Shown: positions 1 through 9,885 of the stretch, piece by piece
Numbering within the stretch: position 1 is the first letter of the stretch
Layout: the number at the start of each line of letters is the position of its first letter
NCBI RefSeq assembly: GCF_001194135.2
Contig: NC_069007.1
Coordinates: 12,851,988-12,889,131, forward strand
Length of the DNA stretch: 37,144 bases
Reading direction: 5' to 3'
From: Octopus bimaculoides
Taxonomy: Eukaryota
The notes under the pieces: model-generated
Seen by the model: only the letters and a program-made list of their open reading frames with translations
What the model was told of the DNA's origin: nothing
Databases searched by the model: none
Made by a program: the position numbers and the translations under genes

Positions 1-76
1 GGTGATTAGAATATAACGTAGCATGAATTTAGGAAGCTTAGAAAATGAATAAGCATGAATAAGCATGAAAATTCAT

Positions 77-94
<18 letters not shown>

Positions 95-107
<13 letters not shown>

Positions 108-404
108 ATGAGAATGTGTGTGTGTGTGTGTCTGAATCCCTAAAACTTGAGAACTACACCACCAATTTCATTCAAATTTTACACATGCCTTACTTAGGGT
201 CCATGTAGTGTCATAGTGCGAGCCCAGAGCAATATCAAATCTCCTCCACTATTTCAGTATTATGTGTCAAAAAGTGAAACAATAACATCTCTCTATTGTA
301 ATGTCAGATATTTTCACTTTAATAGTTTCACTTTAATACTGAAACTATTAAAGTGAAATTATTATCTCACATATATACAGGCATACATACATATATATAA
401 TATA
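95..404 (+). repeat. Helitron-like unit H, copy 1 (5' portion)
   Basis: Near-identical to 1916-2250 and 2498-2830 (tataaagatgagaatgtg...ccctaaaacttgagaactac...). Confidence 0.75.
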
Positions 405-1193
405 CTAGCAGAGGAACCCGGCATTGCCCGGGAATGAAATTGTTGCTTATATACTGGAAGGAAAAAAGCAAAATATGCTGTATAGAAATCTGAGGACATT
501 CTGTAGATGGACTCTCAGATGAATGATGACTGGGCACCTCTCATGAATTGGACAATTGAAGATGCGCCAAAAAGCCTCATTGGTACTTGGAAATTTTTAC
601 GAAAATTAAAATGGGGATTAAATGAAAAAAATGATTTACGCGAATATCCTCACAAGAGTAATTGAAATAAATGGCGATTGTGGAACCCCTCATGCACGCA
701 CGCGCACACACACACACAGAGTATCACACATCAGATGAAATGGACGTGTGTGTGTGACAGAGAGAGAGGTTTGTTGTTATGTATACGTACATGTATAAAT
801 ATGCATACATCTTTGTGTGTGTGTGCGTGTGTATGAGAGAGAGAGAGAGAGAGTAAATACTACATACACACCGCTCTCTCACTCTGTCTCACACACATAC
901 ACACGCACACATACATCCAAAAATGATGGATGCATATGACAACACACCCCTTGACTCACTCACACTCTGTCTGTTACAAACACACATACATAAATGTATA
1001 CAAACATATTTACAAAGAAACACGTGTGTATGCGTGCTGTGTGTGTGTGAGAGAGAGACACAGACAGAGAGAGAGAGAGAGATAGAGCCAGTGAAGGGGT
1101 GTGTCGACAATTATACGTACATACATAAATAGTCATACATTTCTTGTACGTATGTGTGAGTGTGTGTGTGAGAGAGAGAGATTCACTGAAACA

Positions 1194-1227
<34 letters not shown>

Positions 1228-1894
1228 ACATACACGTGCAGATATACACACGGAAAAGATGTATGCATATGTATTTATGTATGTACGTAGACATCACAAC
1301 ACCCCTTCACTCACACACATAAACACACATGTGCGTGTGTGACTCACTACGAATACATAGAGCTGAACACGGCGTGCCAAAATAAAAAAAATAATAAAAA
1401 ATTTATTTACAGAAATTAACGAAGTGTGCGAGTTTGGAACGAAATCAAACCGGGAGTGTGTGAATGAGAGAGAGAGAACATTGCAAAGAATGAATGAGAT
1501 GAACATGGAACGCCCAAAAATCGTATAAATAAAAGCATGTTAAAAACTATCTTGTACGGAATATTTAAATTTATGAAGTTCGTAAATATGTGTTTCAGTA
1601 ATTGATCGTAGTTGTTTACAGAAAGCGAACATTAAAAGTAGAGAGTGAGAGACGTCGCCGTTTTTGTCATGTCCGTACCGGAAGTTGACATTGAGAAACC
1701 TTTTTAAAGAAGTGAATCTTAAATATAAAGCAATATTATTTATTTTTAATTAGAGATAAAAAAAATCAAATGAAGAGCGTAACATTTATCCGAGGTCAAA
1801 TTATTCATGCATCACAAGTATGGAAGTAAATGGTGAAGCCGTTTTCACGTGATAAGCGATTACACACACATCTCTGTTTTATATATAGTATAGA
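405..1894 (-). mobile_element. Non-autonomous Helitron, apparently complete (about 1.5 kb), with a CA/GA microsatellite interior
   Basis: On -: 5' TCTATACTATATATAAAA at 1894, 3' CTAG at 408-405, GC hairpin cccgg-cattgc-ccggg at 417-432, inserted between A and T with no TSD. These are the canonical Helitron hallmarks. Confidence 0.8.
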
Positions 1895-1915
1895 TATATA
1901 TATTATGTATATATA

Positions 1916-2250
1916 TCTGTATATATAAAGATGAGAATGTGTGTCTGTGTAAATCCCTAAAACTTGAGAACTACGCAACCAATTTCATTCAAATTTTACA
2001 CATGCCTTACTTAGGGTCCATGTAGTGTCATAGGCCAAAAAATGTTTAACTTCTTGCCTAGTGCAAGCCCAGATCAATATCACATCTGCTCCACTATTTC
2101 AGTATTATGTGTCAAAAATGAAACAATAACATCTCTCTTTTGTAATGTCAGATATTTTCACTTTAATAGCTTCACTTTAATACTGAAGCTATTAAAGTGA
2201 AACTATTATCTCACATATATACAGGCATACATACCTATATACATACATAT
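1916..2250 (+). repeat. Helitron-like unit H, copy 2
   Basis: TC start plus the same roughly 330-bp body as copies 1 and 3. Confidence 0.75.
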
Positions 2251-2445
2251 AATCGCCATGATAAATCGCTAACCACTACACACATTTTTTTTCTCTCCTT
2301 GTTTCTTTCTGTGTTCCTTTCTGTGGAAGAGCGTAGGCTCGAAATGTTAAAGACTTTTTCAATTCCCGAGCATTATACTAATACATCTGTTTGTTTTCTA
2401 CACCACTTGTCTTCATCTGTTGTTTTTTTGTGAATTCTCCCTATA
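2251..2445 (+). mobile_element. Possible Penelope-like terminal fragment
   Basis: Carries gaagagcgtaggctcgaaatgtt, resembling the hammerhead-bearing termini of Penelope-like elements; no ORF. Confidence 0.3.
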
Positions 2446-2497
2446 TACATACATACATATATATAATATATATATATATATATATTATGTATATATA

Positions 2498-3642
2498 TCT
2501 ATATATATATAAAGATGATAATGTGTGTCTGTCTGTGTGAATCCCTAAAACTTGAGAACTACACAACCAATTTCATTCAAATTTTACACATGCCTTACTT
2601 AGGGTCCATGTAGTGTCATAGGCTAAAAAAATTTATAACTTCTTGCCTAGTGTGAGCCCAGAGCAATATCATATCTCCTCCACTATTTCAGTATTATGTG
2701 TCAAAAGTGAAACAACATCTCTCTATTGTAATGTCAGATATTTTCACTTTAATACTGAAACTATTAAAGTGAAACTATTATCTCATACATACATACATTC
2801 ATACCTATATACATACATACATATATATATAATATACATATATTATGTGTGTATTATCACTGGGTCACACATAGTGTCCCTCGATGGTAACATTGATTTC
2901 AAGACCTTCCCAGATGAGTGACTGGTTATTGAAAGACATTTATAGATTGTAAATTTATTCTGTCCAGTTACCTCTCAGTATAGTGGTTATTTGCAAACTC
3001 CAGAGGTGACACTTTCTTTTCTCCTTAGCCCTCACGTCACATAGTTGTTAATGTTTGAGTTGTGTCACACCCTTCCAATTGCTATAGATCCGTAATGCAT
3101 CTTACGGCTGTGCCTGTCACCTGTATAGTGAAGAATCCTACATTGGGGAGTAGTAACGACTAGGCTAGGGTAGCTGACTGCTTATTGTAATCATTCGTCT
3201 TTTGGTTTCCTGTAGCTTTTCTCTCTTTTACAAACCCAGTGAACATACACATATTTCCTATTTCAAAGAAATTCGAACAATACATATAAGACCCAAGTTA
3301 AAAAGATTCTCAACAATTCAACTTCTCTGATTTACATTAAGACACGCACCCCCAATAGGGGCTTAACTCCCACATTTTAGAGCTCCATGATATCCATTTT
3401 TCAGGAGCAAAATCCTTTTAACAGGTTCCATAAGACTGGAATTTTGGATTCTGCACATAAAGATCAGTAGTATGGGATACATGTGTCATGATTAGAATTT
3501 TTTAGGGTGTGTACAGGGGGAAAGAGCCCTCATCTGCAATTTTGATGAAATTTGAATTATAGGTATTCCAGTTCATTAGAGAAAATATAACAGAAAAGTC
3601 TAATTTTTCAATTGCATGTAACACGAGCAACGCCGGGTATTT
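2498..3642 (+). mobile_element. Helitron-like unit H, copy 3, running to a probable 3' end at the gap
   Basis: TCTATATATATATAAAG start. Ends in cgagcaacgccgggtattt, a typical Helitron 3' hairpin; the terminal CTAG would lie in the N gap. Confidence 0.6.
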
Positions 3643-4119
3643 NNNNNNNNNNNNNNNNNNNNNNNNNNNNNNNNNNNNNNNNNNNNNNNNNNNNNNNNNN
3701 NNNNNNNNNNNNNNNNNNNNNNNNNNNNNNNNNNNNNNNNNNNNNNNNNNNNNNNNNNNNNNNNNNNNNNNNNNNNNNNNNNNNNNNNNNNNNNNNNNNN
3801 NNNNNNNNNNNNNNNNNNNNNNNNNNNNNNNNNNNNNNNNNNNNNNNNNNNNNNNNNNNNNNNNNNNNNNNNNNNNNNNNNNNNNNNNNNNNNNNNNNNN
3901 NNNNNNNNNNNNNNNNNNNNNNNNNNNNNNNNNNNNNNNNNNNNNNNNNNNNNNNNNNNNNNNNNNNNNNNNNNNNNNNNNNNNNNNNNNNNNNNNNNNN
4001 NNNNNNNNNNNNNNNNNNNNNNNNNNNNNNNNNNNNNNNNNNNNNNNNNNNNNNNNNNNNNNNNNNNNNNNNNNNNNNNNNNNNNNNNNNNNNNNNNNNN
4101 NNNNNNNNNNNNNNNNNNN
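3643..4119. other. Assembly gap (477 N); other gaps at 7942-8033, 15001-15195 and 18418-18519
   Basis: Runs of N, each bordered by repeats. Confidence 0.99.
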
Positions 4120-4255
4120 GTAACTTAGCGGTTCGGCAAAAGAGACCGATAGAATAAGTACTAGGCTTCTAAAGAATAAGTCCTGGGGTCGATTTGCTCG
4201 ACTAAAGGCGGTGCTCCAGCATGGCCACAGTCAAAAGACTGAGTAAGCGTAAAGA

Positions 4256-4294
<39 letters not shown>

Positions 4295-4638
4295 ATGGGC
4301 TTCTTTCAGTTTCTGTCTACCAAATCCACTCACAAGGCTTTGGTGGCCTGAGACTATAGTAGAAGACACTTGCCAATTGCCCTGCAGTGGGATTGAACCC
4401 AGAACCATGTGGTTGGGAAGCAAACTTCTTACCACATAACCATAACCTACACGTACTGTGTTTGTGTTAACATATTTAATGCAGGGATTATTAAAGATTT
4501 AATTAACGCTCCCTTGTTGTTGTTTAGCTTTGGTTCGGCTGTTATCAAGAATAGATGCACCTTCATTCATTTATCTGTGTTTCTGTTGAGGTTTTGGTGA
4601 AGGTCATGACCTTTGATTCTTTTCTTCTTCATCCTCAG

Positions 4639-4844
4639 CACTTCTTGAGTTACTTAAACAACATCCGTGTCAAGGAATTCTGCACAGCTTCTCACAACCT
4701 CTATCACTATTTTGACCGATATGTCCTGCCGTCAGTGGACCAAAGCAATGTCCAGCAGTTCAAAACTAAAGAGAATATTGACGACAGCAACCGTCGTTAT
4801 GCTGCACTGAATCTTGCAGCTTTGCACTTTAGTTTTGGACACAA
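4639..4844 (+). CDS. ANAPC5: ANAPC5 exon, first visible (HFLSYLNNIRVKEF...RRYAALNLAALHFSFGH)
   Basis: cag acceptor 4636-4638, gtaagt donor at 4845. The translation matches the APC5 motif HYLSYLNNLRV...YFDR...RYAALNLAALH recalled from the human protein. 206 nt, phase 0 to 2. Confidence 0.95.
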
Positions 4845-5046
4845 GTAAGTCTCATTGATTTTTCAGTTAAGACCTTGAATTTGTTTTATCTTGTACTTGT
4901 TTCAGTCATTGGACTGCAGCCATGCTGTGACACAGCTTTGAAGGGTTTGTTTGAATAGATCAACTTCAGAACTTATTGCTAAAGTCATCGTCATTGTCAT
5001 TCTACACCCATTTTTCCAAGCTGGCATGGGTTGGACAAAATATGTG

Positions 5047-5126
5047 TTCCCGTGCCTGGAATTGAACCTCCTCTCCTCACCCCCCTGGGTGAAAGGCAGA
5101 AATGTTAATCACTAGACCACATGTGA
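5047..5126 (-). pseudogene. tRNA-Glu(TTC) pseudogene or tRNA-derived fragment
   Basis: The - strand reads TCACATGTGGTCTAGTGATTAACATTTCTGCCTTTCACCCAGG...GGTTCAATTCCAGGCACGGGAA. This follows eukaryotic tRNA-Glu(TTC) with loop CTTTCAC, but the acceptor stem is mispaired and the variable arm has an extra ~10 nt. Confidence 0.65.
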
Positions 5127-5378
5127 GTCTGGTACTTGTTATCTTGGACTCTTTTGCTGAACTGTGAAGTTATGGGAACATGAACAAAATAATACAAGTT
5201 GTCGAGTAGTGCAATGAGGACAAATACATACACACACATACACACACACACACAATGCAATTAATAAGACAAAGAAAAACTTTAGCATGTCGTTATTGAC
5301 CAGTTACAAGTGTTTCTGTTCCACCACTGCTTTTATTGCCAGTTCACGCAAAAGCTTATGTAATATTTGTAGTTTTAA

Positions 5379-5599
5379 CCCTTTAGCATTTAATCTGGCT
5401 ATATTCGACCAATATAATCTACCCATTTTATGTTCAAACTGGCCAGATCTGGTCTCTCATATCTACCTCACAATGTCATTGTGAAAATAAACAATCACGT
5501 CATTGAAATCTTAAATGCTATGAGATAAAGCAGGATTAATTCAAAACAATGTGAATAAATAAGCATTAGATTTGACAGAGTAATCTGAAAACTAAAGGG
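5379..5599. mobile_element. piggyBac-type MITE, family 1
   Basis: TTAA|CCCTTTAG...CTAAAGGG|TTAA: terminal inverted repeats with TTAA TSDs at 5375-5378 and 5600-5603. Confidence 0.8.
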
Positions 5600-6439
5600 T
5601 TAAACATTAAAGGGACATTTCCTCACAAGTGTTTCTGTACCAGCACTGCTTTCATTGCCAGTTTATGCAAAAGTTTAAAGTGAAAATTTATGAGTGGCAT
5701 TTCCTCAGACCTGCATCAAAGGTGTGCTAATACATGGTGCATCTGTTAGACTTTGTGTTTTGTTTATATTGGGAGGAAAGAAAAATCAAGTAAATATGCA
5801 GTCATGCTGGAGCAGTGCGAAACAATCATCCCCTGCACACAGTTTTTTGAGTCTGGTGACTGAAGCTAGCAAAAGATACATACATACATGCATACATACA
5901 CACACACACACACAGTGTATCTCTTCTACCGCAGCACACCTGTTTCTGCCCTTATTCTTGATCACTCTCTCTCTCTCTCTCTCTCCTTGCTCTTCCCTCT
6001 GGCTGGATAACCAGGTATCTCCTTTAGAGCAGTACACCTGTTTCTGTCCTCATGCTTGTTAACTCTCTATTTTTCTCTCTCACACTGGTCTGCCCCTCTA
6101 TCACACTCTAACCTTTTGGTCATCTGGCACAAGATCACCTCCTCCAATGCCCTCTCCCCTGCCAGAGCTGGTGCCACTTAAAAAGCACCCAGTCCACACT
6201 GTGAAGTGGTTGGCATTTGGAAGGACATCCAGCTGTAAAAACCATAGCAAAACTGACCTCACCTGTGCTGATGCCACTCTGCTGGATGGCTGGTGTTAGG
6301 AAGGGCAGCATCCAGCTGTAAAACCCTTGCCAAAACAGACACAGAAGTTTGGTATAGTCTTCTGCCTGGTCAGCTACTGTCAAACTGTCCAACCCATGCC
6401 AGCAGGAAGGCAGATGTTAAACGATGATGATTGCTTCAT

Positions 6440-6960
6440 CTTGACAGATGATAGCTGTCTCAGCAACACACCCCACACCCCGTCACATAGCACCATCCCT
6501 CTGTTGATGAGCCCTCAGATGACTTTTAAGACCAGCTGCTGACCGATAGGGTTTAAAACACAAGCAACAGATATTATTCAAGTTTCTTCTGCATCTTTGC
6601 CCTTCGGAATCTGATTCTGAAGGAATGTTTCTTTGCGCCAGCATATGTCTTTTTAGCCCAGATACTGTCTTATAAGTTTTTGTGACATATAACACAAGTT
6701 GTAAGAGGCAGTTGGGGTTCAAGATTATTAGCTACCTGGGCATTTCGATTTTCATGTGACTTCGTATGATTCACGTATCCTGCTTTTGACAACAACATTC
6801 ATACAGTTGAACCTTGGCTTATGAATTTAATTCAAGATGAGAAATGTTAGATTCGAGCAGGGATATGCTCTGAGTGAAAGCTAAACAGCTCTCCCGCTTA
6901 TACTCCCAGCTTGTGTGTTCATTACTTGAAACACTGTTTGTCACCCAAGATGTTTTGTAT
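6440..6960 (-). mobile_element. RTE-clade LINE 3' fragment with C-terminal C2H2-like fingers
   Basis: Encodes SKAGYVNHTKSH, CVICHK(frameshift)TYKTVSGLKRHM and CCLCFKPYRSAAGLKSHLRAH, then a stop. The xGLxSHxRxH finger is typical of RTE/BovB ORF ends; no splice sites or start. Confidence 0.6.
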
Positions 6961-7124
6961 TTGGAAAATTGTTCATAAATTGAGGTTGCACTGTATGTAT
7001 GTGTGTGTGTGTGTGTACGTATGCATGTATTATGTACGTATGTAACTAACAAATTAGTCAACCAACCAACCATTTTTTATTTCCTGTTTAACAACCATTA
7101 AACCAACTTCCATCCGTTTTTCAG

Positions 7125-7206
7125 AGAACAAGCTATCGCAGCATTGCGAGAAGCCATTCGTATGGCTCAGGAAAATAACGATCACTTATGTCTCCAGCAT
7201 GCTTTG
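7125..7206 (+). CDS. ANAPC5: ANAPC5 exon (K-EQAIAALREAIRMAQENNDHLCLQHAL)
   Basis: tcag/gtaaga boundaries; 82 nt; resembles human QQAELALQEAIRIAQESNDHVCLQHCL; phase fits the previous exon. Confidence 0.95.
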
Positions 7207-8109
7207 GTAAGAACAATATACAGTTTGGCATTTTCTAGCTTCCTTATTCTTTTTCTCCCTTATTCTCTTTCTTCCCTCCTTCTCTCCTCTTTGTCATCAA
7301 CCTGAGCACCTGTCTGTCACTATCCTCCCTCTCTCTCTTTTCACCTGTCTCTCACCTTCCTCTCTCTCTCTCTCTCTCTCTCTCTGGCTGTCACTATGCT
7401 CTCGCTCTCTGCTGTTGTCTGTTGTCTCTTTCTCTATTTCTTTCCATTTGTCTTTCTCCCTTATTCTCTCTTCTTTGTCATCAACCTGTCTCTTTCTCCC
7501 TGCTTGTTCTAATTGATTCTCTCTCTCTCTTTCTTTCTTTTACATTATGTCACCTCCTAAGGCGGTGAGCTGGCAGAATCGTTAGCACATCAGGCAAAAT
7601 ACTTAGCGGTATTTCGTCTGCCGCTACGTTCTGAGTTCAAATTCCGCCGAGATCGACTTTGCCTTTCATCCTTTCGGGGTCAATAAATTAAGTACCAGTT
7701 ACGCACTGGAGGTCGATGTAATCAACTGAATCCCTTTGTCTGTCCTTGTTTGTCCCCTCTGTGTGTAGCTCCTTGTGGGCAATTAAGAAATAACAAATGT
7801 TAGCACGCTGGACGAAATGCTTAGCACTATTTTTTCTGTCTTTACGTTCTGAGTTCAAATTCCGCCGAGGTCGACTATGCTTTTTATCCAGGGGGTCAAT
7901 AAATTAAGTACCAGTTGCGTACTGGGGATAATCTAATTGACNNNNNNNNNNNNNNNNNNNNNNNNNNNNNNNNNNNNNNNNNNNNNNNNNNNNNNNNNNN
8001 NNNNNNNNNNNNNNNNNNNNNNNNNNNNNNNNNGCCTCTCCAAGTACGATTATAAGCTTAATTAATTAAACTTTCGCTCATTCACTGCTTTCAATCCATT
8101 TTTCTCCAG

Positions 8110-8184
8110 GTTTGGCTGCATCGTCTTGGAGATGAGGGAAGTGCTGAAACAGCAAAACTTATGAAGAGACAAATCTCTCTCCCA
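8110..8184 (+). CDS. ANAPC5: ANAPC5 exon (VWLHRLGDEGSAETAKLMKRQISLP)
   Basis: ccag/gtaagt boundaries; 75 nt, phase 0-0; aligns to human SWLYVLG...GLP. Confidence 0.88.
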
Positions 8185-9036
8185 GTAAGTATTGAAATAT
8201 AAAATCTACATCATCATCATCATTGTTGCCATTATCATCATTGTCATCACTGTTTGTCATCATGACCATCATTGTCATATGTCTGTTTACCACACTGACA
8301 TGAAGAACTGCTATCAATTATCAGGCAACCCCTATGGACTTAAAAGGGGACAGCCCTTATACATAGTTTTCGTTCACCTAGTTGTACTATTAATGTTACT
8401 TTTTCCTCTTGAATTGTCTCTTGTGTCTTTTACTTGTTTCAGTCATTAGATTGTGGCCATGCTGGGGCACCACCTTGAATTTTTTTTGTCGACTGAATCG
8501 ACTCCAGTAATTTTTTTTTTTTTATGCCTAGTACTTATTTTATCAGTCTCTTTTGCCAGACCGCTAGGTTATTAGGACTTAAACGAACCAACACCGGTTG
8601 GAAAGCAGTGGTGGGAGACTTACACAAACATAAAGACGCTCACAAACGTGCATGTGTATACATATACAATGAGCTTCTTTCAGTTTCCGTCTAACCAACC
8701 AAATCCACTCACAAGGCTCTGGTTGGCCTGAGGCTATAGTAGAAGACACTTGCCCAAGGTGCCCTGCTGTGGGACTGAACCCGGAACCATGTGGTTGAGA
8801 AGTAAGCTTCATACCACACAGCCATGCCACTTAGGATTTCTGATACTTACATAAATATCTCAACAGTTAGCTCTTCTTGTTTAGCTGTTGCCAAACCATT
8901 GTTAATCTATTGAAAAATAAAGAAAATAATAAGAAGCAACAATCTTTAATCGTATTTCTTTGTATTCACTTTTATCTGTTGATGATGGTTAACGTTTTTG
9001 TCATGGAATCGTGTCTTATGCTCTTTTTTTATTCAG

Positions 9037-9104
9037 GCTTTGGCATTGTTGAATATCCAGTCCCTTGCTAAGTACAATGCATTTGCTAAAATGAAACCAG
9101 CCAA
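9037..9104 (+). CDS. ANAPC5: ANAPC5 exon (ALALLNIQSLAKYNAFAKMKPA)
   Basis: ttcag/gtaagt boundaries; 68 nt; aligns to human YLASLGIQSLVQQRAFAGKTAN. Confidence 0.9.
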
Positions 9105-9429
9105 GTAAGTAGGGTTACTTTTAAATTCGGTCACAAAGTTACAGAGTTGAAATGTGTGACCATTTCAACCTGACAAAATCTCAATTTCCACTTCAGTTTC
9201 TTTTTTCTAGAATGTCTTTGGCTTAGAGAAGAGGAAGGGTTGTGTTCACGAGTCTGATGAGTAGAAAGGAGGACTTTAGATTCAGATCAGAGATGTGGCA
9301 TGAATGCTTGCAATAGAGAACTTTCATTCACTTAAGCCCTTTGCTTTCTACAGAGCATGAGCCATTGATGATCTCTCTCCACCATTCTCAACTCTGGACT
9401 GTCTTTCCTACATTCGTCAGATCTTGTTG

Positions 9430-9885
9430 GTTCTGAATGTGGAGGATACCTGTAGAAGGAGTAGACCCAGGAAGATGTAGGACGAAGTGGTGAGAAAGAA
9501 TCATTGGATGCTGGGCCTCATTGAGGAAATGACTGGGGACCAGGAGATGTGGTGATTTGCTGTACTTGATAAGATGTGCCAAGCTAAGTAAAATCGTTGT
9601 CTCCCATACATAGAGGTTTGACCTTTCATGTGTTGATGCCACTTAAAAAGCACTTGTGCTGGTGCCACATGAATGCAACCATGCCGGTGGCACGTAGAAA
9701 ATACCTGACACACTCTGTAAAGTGGTTGGCATTAGGAAGGGCATCCAGTCATAGAAACCATGCCACAACAGACAGTTGGAGTCTGGACAGCTCCCTGCTG
9801 ACCAGCCCCATGTCAAACCATCCAACCCATGCCAACATGGAAAGTGGATGTTATACGATGTTGAGGATGATGATCATCATCATCA
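9430..9885 (+). mobile_element. RTE-type LINE 3' end continuous with the family C tail
   Basis: VEDTCRRSRPRKM*DEVVRK...MLGLIEEMTGDQEMW resembles the RTE GRGRPRKTW motif; followed by a 3' UTR ending in (GAT)n. Confidence 0.75.

Noticed and set aside
889-1322. His/Thr/Cys/Val-rich ORFs (also 13891-14299, 22806-23108, 26786-26998, 29569-30113)
   Set aside because: They are translations of CA/TG/TA microsatellites, with no domain and no splice context.
1669-1707. ATG TCC GTA CCG GAA... as a possible ANAPC5 start
   Set aside because: It hits a stop after 12 codons, has no donor and lies inside the minus-strand Helitron.
3612-4157. 181-aa ORF in the track (also 14965-15232)
   Set aside because: Made almost entirely of N gap bases.
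6135-6542. Recurring short ORFs with PSNPCQHG / WLALGRAS / EANFLPH motifs across the window
   Set aside because: They are translations of SINE families B and C in different frames, not a gene family.
6483-6722. Stand-alone host C2H2 zinc-finger gene nested in an ANAPC5 intron
   Set aside because: It has a frameshift, no splice sites or Kozak start, no TGEKP linkers, and RTE-like context; treated as a LINE relic.
7561-7650. SINE heads as functional tRNA genes (families A, B, D, E)
   Set aside because: They have A/B boxes but no closed cloverleaf, and each continues into a SINE body with a tail and often a TSD.
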